Notes: generated by a model not told the origin, from the sequence alone. 64,000 nt of DNA from Vicinamibacterales bacterium (GCA_050187355.1 JBFWXO010000006.1:43658-107657), one strand, 5' to 3'; shown: positions 1 to 14,299, numbered from the stretch's first letter. Program-made: numbers and translations.

Positions 1-1289
1 ACCGAGAAGGCCCCGACCTTCCCCGTCACCTTGCCGCCGCCCACGATCGGCACCTCCTGGCCGTCCACGAGCCCGATCTGGCGCGAGTAGAAGAGCGGCA
101 GGATCCCCGGGTCGTTCGCCGCCGCCTCGCCGCCGGCGCTCGAGCCGCTCTTGCCGTAGTCGAAGACCCCGGCGCTCTCGGTGAAGAAGACGCGCTTCTC
201 CGGGAAGAAGAGGCTGAACCGCGTGTTGTTCACGACCTCCTGGTCGGCCTCGACCTGCGCGAAATCGGTGTTGTAGGTGAGGTCGGCCGTGAGCTCGTCG
301 GTCAGGCCGATCTTCAGGTCGAGGCCGCCCTCGACCTTGAAGTCACGGTGGCGTCCGCCGGCGCCGGCCGGCGGGCCGAAGTCGTCGCTGGCGCGGGGCA
401 GCACGTACGGCAGGACTTCCACCCGGCGCTTCGGCCGCAGGTCGGTCAGCCCGGCGAGGACGCCCGCATTGCCCATCCGGGCGAGGCCGCCGGCGCCCCA
501 CTCGCGCGGGAACGGGACCCAGTAGGACTCCTCGTTCCGCCGCATCAGGATGCGGCAGACGTTCAGCCCCCAGGTGACGTCGCCCGGATCGCCACGAAAG
601 CGGATCTGGCTGAGAGGGATGCGCGCCTCGATGTACCAGCCGCGGCCGTCCACCGACGTCTGGTTCTCCCAGACGGCGTTCCAGTCGTAGTTGATGGTGC
701 GGCCGTTCTCGACGCTCTGCGCGTCCTTGTAGGCACCGAGCGGGTTCGTGAAGAAGATGTACGAGTTGCGGTGATCGTGGAACGTGTCGATGGCGATCTT
801 GATCTGGTCGCCCTTCCGGAGCCCCGAGTCCCGCTTCATCTCGCTGCCGAGGATGTGCGCCGGGTCCCGGTCCCACACCCACACGCCGAAGTACAGGTTC
901 CGGTCGTCGTAGAGCACGCGGAACTCGGTCTCCTCGGTGGAGGGCGCGCCGAAGGTCGGCTCGCGCTGGATGAAGTGGCCCTGCGGAGGCGCGGCCTGCC
1001 AGATCGGCTCGTCGAGCCGCCCGTCGATCCGCGGCGTCTGGCCGTCGGGCACGCGGACCACGATCGCCCGGAACGACTCCGGATCGATCGACTTCACGTC
1101 CACCAGGGCGGGGGAGGCGGGACGCGGATCGCCGGCCGCCTCGGGCGCCGCGCCGCCGTCCGGCACCTGCGCGGCCGCAGACGCGTGCCATGCCACGAAC
1201 GCGGCCACCATCCCGACGACGCGCCAGTCCTTCACGGTGGGGAGATTCTGCCACGGCCGGCCGGGCCGACTGATGAAGTCGGCTATCAT
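1..1289 (-). CDS. DUF5916 / CBM9-like domain exported protein (3' end outside window)
   Basis: Not in the ORF track because there is no stop in the window. Manual translation from ATG 1289: ...WHASAAAQ...PRIDGRLDEPIW...EETEFRVLYDDRNLYFGVW...LFFPEKRVFF...PLFYSRQIG. Motifs are shared with the 7932-10238 paralogue. True start may be a downstream GTG/ATG. Confidence 0.8.
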   Translation of the reverse strand, partial: MIADFISRPGRPWQNLPTVKDWRVVGMVAAFVAWHASAAAQVPDGGAAPEAAGDPRPASPALVDVKSIDPESFRAIVVRVPDGQTPRIDGRLDEPIWQAAPPQGHFIQREPTFGAPSTEETEFRVLYDDRNLYFGVWVWDRDPAHILGSEMKRDSGLRKGDQIKIAIDTFHDHRNSYIFFTNPLGAYKDAQSVENGRTINYDWNAVWENQTSVDGRGWYIEARIPLSQIRFRGDPGDVTWGLNVCRILMRRNEESYWVPFPREWGAGGLARMGNAGVLAGLTDLRPKRRVEVLPYVLPRASDDFGPPAGAGGRHRDFKVEGGLDLKIGLTDELTADLTYNTDFAQVEADQEVVNNTRFSLFFPEKRVFFTESAGVFDYGKSGSSAGGEAAANDPGILPLFYSRQIGLVDGQEVPIVGGGKVTGKVGAFS

Positions 1290-1309
1290 GCGGCTCTTCG
1301 TTCCCGGCC

Positions 1310-6808
<5,499 letters not shown>

Positions 6809-6832
6809 TCGTCCGGCTCGCGCGGCGGCCGC

Positions 6833-7480
6833 TCACTCGGCCGCGAACACCGGGGTGAGCAGCCGGGCCAGCGCCTGGCGCGCGCGGTGGACCCGAATCT
6901 TGACGGCGTTGGGCGAGGCGCCGAGCAGGCCCGCCACCGTGGGCGTATCGAGCTCCTCGATGTCGCGCAGCAGCAGCACCGTGCGATAGGCGGCCGGGAG
7001 GCGATCGATGGCCGCCCGCACGTGCGACCGGGTCTCCTGGACCTCGAGCGCGCGCTCCACGTCGGTCCACTCGGGCGCCGGCGACGCCTGGTGGCCATCG
7101 GACAGGAACGTCGGCAGCATCTCCTCGATCGACGTCTCGGGCCGGCGCTTGCGGCTCCGCAGCCGCATGAGGGCGCTGTTCACGACGATGCGGTGCAGCC
7201 ACGTGGACAGGAGGCAGTCGCCGCGGAACGACGGCAGCGCGCGCAGGGCCAGGATCATCCCGTCCTGCACCACCTCCTGGGCGTCCTCCTCGTTGCGAAG
7301 CAGCCGCCGGGCCACCGCGAGGAGGCGGTGCGTGTTGGCGCGCACCAGTTCCTCGAAGGCCCGCTCCTCGCCCTGCTGCAGCCGCGCCAGGAGCCGGCGA
7401 TCCGCCGAGTCGGGCACCTCCGGCGGCAGCGGGAGGCGCGGGACGACGTCGTCCAGGGAGGGCAGCTGCGGTGCGGTCAT
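6833..7480 (-). CDS. ECF-type RNA polymerase sigma-70 factor
   Basis: AFEELVR..., DAQEVVQD, STWLHRIVVNSALMRLR (region 2); LPAAYRTVLLLRDIEEL...VKIRVHRARQAL (region 4). Start set at ATG 7480 inside the longer track ORF. Confidence 0.9.
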   Translation of the reverse strand: MTAPQLPSLDDVVPRLPLPPEVPDSADRRLLARLQQGEERAFEELVRANTHRLLAVARRLLRNEEDAQEVVQDGMILALRALPSFRGDCLLSTWLHRIVVNSALMRLRSRKRRPETSIEEMLPTFLSDGHQASPAPEWTDVERALEVQETRSHVRAAIDRLPAAYRTVLLLRDIEELDTPTVAGLLGASPNAVKIRVHRARQALARLLTPVFAAE

Positions 7481-7719
7481 GACGGCGCTCCCTCGATGAG
7501 CAGCCGGACGAGGGGCGGAACGTTCAGGAGCCGGGCACCCTGCCGGGCCAGCCGGGCCAGCGCGGCCGCGGCGGGGCGGTCGACGAAGGTGATCCCTCCG
7601 AGGTCGAGGGTCGCGGCTGCCCCGTCCTCGGGCAGCAGGTCCACGGATGCGGCAGTCAGGCGGCCCTCGATGAACATCACGGGTCCCTCCGGGCGGTCGT
7701 TCACGGTGATCCTCAGCAT
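7477..7719 (-). CDS. Small STAS-domain protein
   Basis: MLRITVND...FIEGRLTAASVD...TLDLGGITFVD...LARQGARLLNVPPLVRLL is a STAS-like pattern; 4-nt overlap with the ECF start. Confidence 0.7.
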   Translation of the reverse strand: MLRITVNDRPEGPVMFIEGRLTAASVDLLPEDGAAATLDLGGITFVDRPAAAALARLARQGARLLNVPPLVRLLIEGAPS

Positions 7720-7737
7720 CGGCGTACCCGTCCATGG

Positions 7738-7753
7738 GGCAACCGGCATGCCG
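7738..7753 (-). promoter_or_regulatory. Putative sigma54 -24/-12 promoter for STAS-ECF
   Basis: Minus strand reads cGGCATgccggTTGCc: exact GG-N10-GC spacing, close to TGGCAC-N5-TTGC. Confidence 0.65.
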
Positions 7754-7855
7754 CCCGGTCCATGACGGCGAGAAACCCGCCGGTGGCGGATTTCCGGCCA
7801 GAACTCGAGGAAGACGGCGGGAACCGCTCCGGGGAGCGAGGGGTAGGCCACGGCA

Positions 7856-7909
7856 CCCACGAAATGTCGTGGCTCCCGGACGTCGTGGGACCCACGAAAT
7901 ATCGTGGGG
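7856..7909. promoter_or_regulatory. Two palindromic putative enhancer (UAS) sites CCACGA-N4-TCGTGG
   Basis: CCACGAAATGTCGTGG (7857-7872) and CCCACGAAATATCGTGGG (7891-7908), 35 bp apart; extra half-site TCGTGGG at 7883-7889. Confidence 0.65.
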
Positions 7910-7931
7910 CCGCGGTCCGGGCCTGGCGCCG

Positions 7932-10238
7932 CTACACGCGGAAGAACCGGGTCAGCTTCACGACGAACGCGCGGTTCTTCAGTCCGGGGTAGCCCGCCGT
8001 CCGGGTGTCGCGCTCGTCGGTGTAGACGACGAAGAACTCACTGCCGAGCTTGTACTCCCAGCGGTAGCGCACGTTGGTGCTGAAGCTCTTGTCCGTGGAG
8101 TTGTACTGGACCAGCGCGCTGGCGAACATGCGCGGCGAGAAGGCGTAGTCGGTGCGGGTGCGGAGCAAGGTGGTGGTGAAGCCCCCGCCCGGGAGGTCCA
8201 CCTTCGTGTACTGGATCGTGGGCTCCACCGAGAACTGCCGCTGGAACGAGACCCGGGCGGCCGTGTAGCTCAGGCTGCGGATCGTGCCGTTCCAGAAGTG
8301 GCCGACCTGGGCGCCGAGCGCGCCCGCCACCCGGCGCTGCGCGCCCAGGGAGTAGGTGGCCTGGATGTCGTCGAACTGGTAGCTGCCCGGCTGGATGGTG
8401 ACGCCGCTCACCACGTCGAAGGCGCGCGGCAGGCCCTCGTAGTCGCGGGTGGCCTCCACGTTGAGGAAGTCGCTGTTCTCCAGCTCCACGCTGAACTTCC
8501 CGACGTGCACGCGGGTCTCCAGCGCGCCGGCGCCGCTCTCGATGTGCTCGAGGTCGTACTGCCAGGTGAGCTTGCGCACGCCCTTCAGGCGGCGGGGCCG
8601 CGGGCTGAAGCGGAGCGACGCGAAACCGCGCGTGAAGTCATCGCGCTGGACGAAGCCCACCTCGGGGTTGAAGTGGTCGCCGACGTGCACGTATTCCAGT
8701 TTCGCGCCGTAGCGATCGGCGAAGTAGTCGAGGCGCGCCTGGTAGCTGTCGTCGTCGCCCGACAGGCCTTCCGTGGCGGTGCGCGCGTAGTAGCCGCCGA
8801 CCGTGAGGTCGTTCCTGAGCCCGAAGGCGGCGTCCACGCCGTAGGCCTGGTTCGACGAGCCCGGACTGACGTTGGAGGCCGAACGGTTCGTGACGATGGC
8901 GCCGACGGTGCTGTTCTTGAAGATGTCGCGCTTGACGCGGATCACGCTGAAGTTCGTGGCGGGCGTGGCCGACACCTGATCGTCGCCGGCCTGGATGTCG
9001 AGCAGCCCCACGCCGAACTTGCCCACCTTGCCCGTCGCCCGCGCGCCCACGCGGATCGGCACCACCCGGCCGCCGTTCAGCCCGATGCGGCGACTGTAGA
9101 ACAGCGTGGGCGTGGACGACGGCCCGCCGAACCCGCTGCCGAGGCCGCCGCCCCCGCCGCCGCCCCCGCCGCCGCTCGCGCCGCCGCGTCCGAAGTCGAA
9201 GATGCCGCGGCCTTCCAGGAAGAAGTCCCGCTTCTCCGGGAAGAACAGGCTGAAGCGCGTCAGGTTCACCTGCTGCTCGTCCACTTCCACCTGGGCGAAG
9301 TCGGTGTTGTAGGTGAAGTCGGCGGTGAGGTTGGCCGTGATCCCGTACTTCACGTCGAGGCCGGCCTGGGCGTCGAGGTCGTTCGAGACGGCCGGCGTCC
9401 GGAGCCGGTCCGTCGTGGAGCGGCCGAACACGTACGGCTTGATCTCGAGGTTGCGCGTGCTCTCCGGGACGTCGATGCCGGTGGCCCCTCCGTAGAGCGA
9501 CACGCGGTTGAGACCGAGCGGGCCGCCCATCGAGGCCGGGAGCGGCGACAGGTACGCCCATTCGTTCTTGCGGCGGATGGAGCGGCGGACCTGGAAGCCC
9601 CACGTCTGGTTGCGCCCGCTCCGGAAGCGGATGGACTTGAACGGGATGATCATCTCCATCGTCCAGCCGCCGTCGAACCGCCCCGTCCGCACGTTCCAGA
9701 CCGGGTTCCAGTCGGAGTTCGGCTGGCCCTCGTCGATGACCGAGTAGTCCGAGAACGCTCCGAGCGGGCTGGCGTAGAACATGAACCCGCTGCGCCGGTC
9801 GTGGAACGTGTCGAACCCGACGCCGAGGTGGTCGTTCTGGCGCAGGGGCGCGCTGTCGCGCCGGTACTCGTTGGCCACCCACTGTTCGGGCGGCGAGGAG
9901 TCGTACACCCGCGCGCCGACGTAGATGTTGCGGTCGTCGAACATCAGCCAGACGTCCGTCCGCTCGGTGGCCGCCTCGCCCGTGCGGGGCACCACCTGGA
10001 TGAGATCGCCGAACGGCTGGTTCTGCCCGTAGACGGCTTCCTCGAGCCGCCCGTCCACCGTCAACGGCTCGCGGAGCCGGATCGCGCGCACCGTGGGCTG
10101 GCCGTGCTCGTCGCGGACGATGGTGGCCGGGGCCACGGGGCCGGGCGGTACATCGGGCGGCGCCGGCGCCTGGGCGGCGGCGGGGCGGGGCAAGGCGAGG
10201 ACGGACGCCAGGAGAGCGGCGAGGACGAACCGGATCAT
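7932..10238 (-). CDS. DUF5916 / CBM9-like domain exported protein
   Basis: Signal peptide MIRFVLAALLASVLALPRPAAAQ; LTVDGRLEE, TDVWLMFDDRNIYVG, DFTYNTDFAQVEVDEQQVNLTRFSLFFPEKRDFFLEG; ends in a barrel-like FVVKLTRFFRV. Confidence 0.85.
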   Translation of the reverse strand: MIRFVLAALLASVLALPRPAAAQAPAPPDVPPGPVAPATIVRDEHGQPTVRAIRLREPLTVDGRLEEAVYGQNQPFGDLIQVVPRTGEAATERTDVWLMFDDRNIYVGARVYDSSPPEQWVANEYRRDSAPLRQNDHLGVGFDTFHDRRSGFMFYASPLGAFSDYSVIDEGQPNSDWNPVWNVRTGRFDGGWTMEMIIPFKSIRFRSGRNQTWGFQVRRSIRRKNEWAYLSPLPASMGGPLGLNRVSLYGGATGIDVPESTRNLEIKPYVFGRSTTDRLRTPAVSNDLDAQAGLDVKYGITANLTADFTYNTDFAQVEVDEQQVNLTRFSLFFPEKRDFFLEGRGIFDFGRGGASGGGGGGGGGGLGSGFGGPSSTPTLFYSRRIGLNGGRVVPIRVGARATGKVGKFGVGLLDIQAGDDQVSATPATNFSVIRVKRDIFKNSTVGAIVTNRSASNVSPGSSNQAYGVDAAFGLRNDLTVGGYYARTATEGLSGDDDSYQARLDYFADRYGAKLEYVHVGDHFNPEVGFVQRDDFTRGFASLRFSPRPRRLKGVRKLTWQYDLEHIESGAGALETRVHVGKFSVELENSDFLNVEATRDYEGLPRAFDVVSGVTIQPGSYQFDDIQATYSLGAQRRVAGALGAQVGHFWNGTIRSLSYTAARVSFQRQFSVEPTIQYTKVDLPGGGFTTTLLRTRTDYAFSPRMFASALVQYNSTDKSFSTNVRYRWEYKLGSEFFVVYTDERDTRTAGYPGLKNRAFVVKLTRFFRV

Positions 10239-10317
10239 GGAGCGGAGTACCCGAGGGCGCGCAACTGGCGATCTTACCGGATTGGGCCCGGCGCCCGATG
10301 GCCGGCCGCCTGTCCCC

Positions 10318-11124
10318 TCAGGCGCTGAACTCGCCGAAATCCCCCGGGAAGAGGAACTGGAGCACGTCGCCGACGCGGTCCGCCCACGCGCCCTCGCTGT
10401 GCGTCGCGCCCTGGGGCTCGCAGTACGCCAGGTCCTGGTGCTCGCGCCATCCCGCCGTCTCCAGGGCCCCCTTGAGACGCCGGGCGTCGGCGACGCCATT
10501 CTTGCTCTCGGCCGTGCCCATGTCGAGCCAGATCCGCGTGGCCGGCTTCGGGCGGGCCCTGGCGACGTAGCGCAGGATGGACCGCTTGCCCCACCAGACC
10601 GACGGCGACATCACGGCGAGCCGCCCGAAGACCTCGGCGTGGCGAAGCCCGAGATACATCGTCGCCAGCCCGCCGAGCGACGACCCGCCCAGGCCCGTGT
10701 GCTCGCGGTCCGCGGCGGTCCGGTAGGTGTCGTCGACGAACGGCTTCAGTTCCTCGGTGAGGAGCCGGCCCCAGTCGCGGGCGCCGCCGCCGCCGAGCCG
10801 CGGGTCCTTCGTGGGCGTGTACTCGTGCAGGCGGGCCGGCCCGCCGTGGTTGACGCCCACGATGAGGAGCGGCGCCACGCGGCCCTCGGCGATGAGCATG
10901 TCCGCCATCTCGCCGAGGCGCCAGTACTGCCCGCGCACGTACGACGTCTCCGGGTCGAAGAGGTTCTGTCCGTCGTGCATGTAGAGCACGGGGAAGCGCC
11001 GGCGGCGGTCGTCGTCGTACCCGGGCGGAACGTAGACGGTGACGTCGCGCCGGGGCTCCAGGAACCGGGACGGGAAGGCGGCGTGGCGCTCGAGGCGTGG
11101 TGCGGTGGAAACCGGCACGGTCAT
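10318..11124 (-). CDS. Alpha/beta-hydrolase esterase (Fes/IroE-like putative esterase)
   Basis: VYVPPGY, VLYMHDGQNLF, GGSSLGG nucleophile elbow, HSEGAWADR. Confidence 0.88.
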   Translation of the reverse strand: MTVPVSTAPRLERHAAFPSRFLEPRRDVTVYVPPGYDDDRRRRFPVLYMHDGQNLFDPETSYVRGQYWRLGEMADMLIAEGRVAPLLIVGVNHGGPARLHEYTPTKDPRLGGGGARDWGRLLTEELKPFVDDTYRTAADREHTGLGGSSLGGLATMYLGLRHAEVFGRLAVMSPSVWWGKRSILRYVARARPKPATRIWLDMGTAESKNGVADARRLKGALETAGWREHQDLAYCEPQGATHSEGAWADRVGDVLQFLFPGDFGEFSA

Positions 11125-11228
11125 GTAATCGGCGCGAAGGCGGCCCTGTCGATGCACGAGTCTGTCCACGGGTTCCCGCGACCGCTCCGGCGTCCGCCGG
11201 CCGCGAGCCCGCGTTCAACCGGCCGCTC

Positions 11229-11294
11229 GCCGACGCTCAACGAGCCGCCAGCCGACGCTCAACTAGCCGCCAGCCGCTAGCCCCTAGCCGCTAG
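11229..11294. repeat. 22-bp tandem duplication followed by 7-bp repeats
   Basis: gccgacgctcaacgagccgcca / gccgacgctcaactagccgcca (1 mismatch), then gccgcta-gccccta-gccgcta, in the divergent intergenic region. Confidence 0.8.
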
Positions 11295-11345
11295 TATAGA
11301 TGCCGCGCGCGTCCACCCGGGTCGCGCCGCCGGGCCCGAGGCAGG

Positions 11346-12059
11346 ATGAAACGCGACTATCACCGTTGGTACTCCCGATCGCTCAATCGGGACATGGAAC
11401 TCCTCGTCTTCGGCCACGGCGGTACGCCGGTCGTCGTCTTCCCCAGCTCCATGGGCTCGTTCTTCGAGTTCGAGGATCGCGGCCTGGTCCGCGCGGTGGA
11501 CCAGAAGATCGAGCACGGATGGCTGCAGCTGTTCTGCGTGTCGTCGGTGGACGGCGAGAGCTGGTACGGGCGCAGGCGGCATCCGCGCGAGCGCATCGAC
11601 CGGCATCTCCAGTACGAGTCCTACATCCTGTCCGACGTCGTGCCGCTGGTGCGTCAACTGAACCCGTCGCACGGCATCGGCGTGACGGGCTGCTCCTTCG
11701 GTGCCTACCACGCGATGGCGATGGCGCTGCGCCATCCCTACGTGTTCACGTCGTGCATCACGATGGGCGGCGCCTTCGACATCGGCCAGTTCCTCGAGGG
11801 CTACGCCGACCAGGATGCGTACCTGCTGAACCCCGTGGCGTTCCTGCCGAACCTGACCGAGCCCTACTACCTGGATCAGCTCCGCCGCAACAAGTTCGTC
11901 CTCGCCACCGGCGAATGGGACATCTGCCGGAAGGCGAACGAGGAATTCAGCGGGATGCTCTCGGGCCGGGGCATCCCCCACGCCCTCCACGTCTGGGGCT
12001 TCGGCAGCAAGCACGACTGGCCCTACTGGCAGCCGATGGCCAGCGCCTACCTCCCCTGA
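11346..12059 (+). CDS. Alpha/beta-hydrolase esterase family protein
   Basis: FGHGGTPVVVFPSSMG, TGCSFGAYHA (GxSxG), HDWPYW. Confidence 0.88.
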   Translation: MKRDYHRWYSRSLNRDMELLVFGHGGTPVVVFPSSMGSFFEFEDRGLVRAVDQKIEHGWLQLFCVSSVDGESWYGRRRHPRERIDRHLQYESYILSDVVPLVRQLNPSHGIGVTGCSFGAYHAMAMALRHPYVFTSCITMGGAFDIGQFLEGYADQDAYLLNPVAFLPNLTEPYYLDQLRRNKFVLATGEWDICRKANEEFSGMLSGRGIPHALHVWGFGSKHDWPYWQPMASAYLP

Positions 12060-12215
12060 CGCGCGCGCCCGACCGCCGGCACGGCGGCGGGTGGCCGAGG
12101 TGGCCGGGGCCCGCCGGACGGCGCGGCCGCGCGGGCGTGATCGGCTAAGCTGACATCGCCCTCCCGGGCGTTCGACGAGCGCCGGGAGCGGCATCCCGAG
12201 ATCCGGAGACTCCCC

Positions 12216-13148
12216 ATGGCCACCATCGGCGTCCTGTTCGGCATGGAGAACGTGTTCCCCGGCGCGCTGGTCGAGCGCGTCAACGCGATGGCGGTGCCCG
12301 GCGTCTCGGCGGAGTTCGTCCAGATCGGCGGCGTCCGGATGGACGGGCCCTGCCCGTACCGCGTCATCGTGGATCGCATCTCCCACGACATCCCCTTCTA
12401 CCGCGCGTGGCTGAAGACGGCCGTGCTCGGCGGCGCCTACGTCGTCAGCAACCCGTTCTGGTCGAGCGCCGACGACAAGTTCTTCAACTACGCGCTGGCC
12501 GCGCGCCTCGGCGTGGCGGTGCCGCCGACGGTGGTGCTGCCGCACAAGGAGCACCCGCCCGGCACGACCGACAAGTCGATGCGGAACCTGGTGTATCCCC
12601 TGAACTGGGACGAGATCTTCGAGTACGTCGGGTTCCCGGCGTTCCTGAAGCCGTTCGACGGCGGGGGCTGGCGCGACGTGTACCACGTGAAGTCGCGCGA
12701 GGACTTCTTCCGCGACTACGACCGGACGCGGACCCACTGCATGACGCTGCAGCGGGCCGTGCAGTTCACCGAGTACTTCCGCTGCTACGTGGTGGGCCAG
12801 GAAGACGTGCACATCATGCCCTACGACCCCAGGGCCCCGTTCCACGAGCGCTACGTGAAGCACCCGCCCTCCTATCCCGAGGCGCTCCTGGAGCGCGTGC
12901 GGCGCGACGCCGTCACGCTGTGCCGAGCGCTGGGCTACGACCTGAACACCGTGGAGTTCGCCTGCGAGGACGGCGTGCCCTACGCCATCGACTTCATGAA
13001 CCCGGCGCCCGATGCGGACCCGTACTCGGTCGGGGCGGACAACTTCGAGTGGATCGTGGACAAGGTGGCCCGCTTCGCGGTGAAGAAGGCGCAGGAGCCG
13101 CCGTCGCTGCCCGAGCTCCGCTGGGCGCCGATGCTCGGGGGCCGGTGA
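12216..13148 (+). CDS. ATP-grasp ligase (RimK/glutathione-synthase-like)
   Basis: VIVDRISH, NPFWSSADDKF, FPAFLKPFDGGGW, NTVEFA...YAIDFMNPAPD. Confidence 0.85.
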   Translation: MATIGVLFGMENVFPGALVERVNAMAVPGVSAEFVQIGGVRMDGPCPYRVIVDRISHDIPFYRAWLKTAVLGGAYVVSNPFWSSADDKFFNYALAARLGVAVPPTVVLPHKEHPPGTTDKSMRNLVYPLNWDEIFEYVGFPAFLKPFDGGGWRDVYHVKSREDFFRDYDRTRTHCMTLQRAVQFTEYFRCYVVGQEDVHIMPYDPRAPFHERYVKHPPSYPEALLERVRRDAVTLCRALGYDLNTVEFACEDGVPYAIDFMNPAPDADPYSVGADNFEWIVDKVARFAVKKAQEPPSLPELRWAPMLGGR

Positions 13149-14254
13149 TGATGAAGCCCTCGTTCTCGATCGGCATCGAGGAGGAATACCAGACGATCGA
13201 TCCGGACACGTTCGACCTGCGCTCGCACATCCAGACCGAGCTCATGGCCAAGGGCCGGCGGGTGCTGAACGAGAAGGTGAAGGCCGAGCTCCACCAATCC
13301 GTGGTGGAGGTGGGCACGGGCGTCTGCCGCAACATGGACGAGGCGCGCGCCGACATGGTGAACCTGCGGCGCCAGATGCTGGAGCTCGCCACCGAGAACG
13401 GGCTGCTGCTCGTCGCCGGCGCCACGCACCCGTTCGCCGACTGGCGGGTGCAGGACATCTCGCCCGACGAGCGCTACCTGCAGGTCGTCGAGGACATGCA
13501 GCTCGTGGCACGGGCGAACCTGATCTTCGGCCTGCACGTGCACGTCGGCATCGAGGACCGCGAGACGTCCATCCAGATCATGAACCAGGTGCGGTACTTC
13601 CTGCCGCACATGCTCGCGCTGTCCACGAACTCGCCGTTCTGGCTGGGCATGAACACCGGCCTGAAGTCGTACCGCTGCAAGGTGTTCGACAAATTCCCGC
13701 GGACGAACATCCCGGACACGTTCACCGGGTGGGCCGACTACGAAGGGTTCGTGAACCTCCTGGTCCGGACCAACTGCATCGACAACGCGAAGAAGATCTG
13801 GTGGGACGTCAGGCCGCACCCGTTCTTCCCGACTCTGGAGGTGCGCATCTGCGACCTGCCGCTGCGCGTGGACGAGACGCTGGCGCTGGCGGCCCTCATC
13901 CAGGCCACCGTGTACAAGCTCTGGATGCTCCACGCCCGCAACCAGGCGTGGCGGTCCTACAGCCGCGCCCTCATCATGGAGAACAAGTGGCGGGCCTCCC
14001 GCTACGGCATCGACGGCGCGCTCATCGACTTCGGGCGCGAGCTGGAGGTGCCGGCGCGGCAGCTCCTGGAGGAGTACCTGGCGTTCGTGGACGACGCGGT
14101 GGACGCGCTGGGCAGCCGCCGCGAGATCGACGGCATCCGCTGGATCATGAAGCACGGGACCGGCGCCGATCGACAGCTGGCCGCGTATGCGAAGAACCAG
14201 GATCTGCGCGAGGTCGTGCGGTTCATGGTGGAGGAAACGAAGGCGGGGCTCTAG
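13148..14254 (+). CDS. ybdK: Carboxylate-amine ligase, GCS2/YbdK family
   Basis: SIGIEEEYQ, ELHQSVVEVGT, GLHVHVG, LALSTNSPFW, IWWDVRPHPFFPTLEVRICD; TGATG coupling with the upstream gene. Confidence 0.9.
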   Translation: MMKPSFSIGIEEEYQTIDPDTFDLRSHIQTELMAKGRRVLNEKVKAELHQSVVEVGTGVCRNMDEARADMVNLRRQMLELATENGLLLVAGATHPFADWRVQDISPDERYLQVVEDMQLVARANLIFGLHVHVGIEDRETSIQIMNQVRYFLPHMLALSTNSPFWLGMNTGLKSYRCKVFDKFPRTNIPDTFTGWADYEGFVNLLVRTNCIDNAKKIWWDVRPHPFFPTLEVRICDLPLRVDETLALAALIQATVYKLWMLHARNQAWRSYSRALIMENKWRASRYGIDGALIDFGRELEVPARQLLEEYLAFVDDAVDALGSRREIDGIRWIMKHGTGADRQLAAYAKNQDLREVVRFMVEETKAGL

Positions 14255-14269
14255 CTCCCTTACGCCTGT

Positions 14270-14299
14270 AGGGACCGGGGACCAGGGACCAGGGGCTAG
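14270..14299 (+). repeat. Heptamer repeat (RGGGACC)n, G-quadruplex-type tract
   Basis: agggacc-ggggacc-agggacc-aggggct, starting 16 nt after the ybdK stop. Confidence 0.75.

Noticed and set aside
11229-11294. CRISPR array (also considered for 59611-59664)
   Set aside because: Repeats are directly adjacent with no unique spacers, only about 2 copies, and no cas genes in the window.
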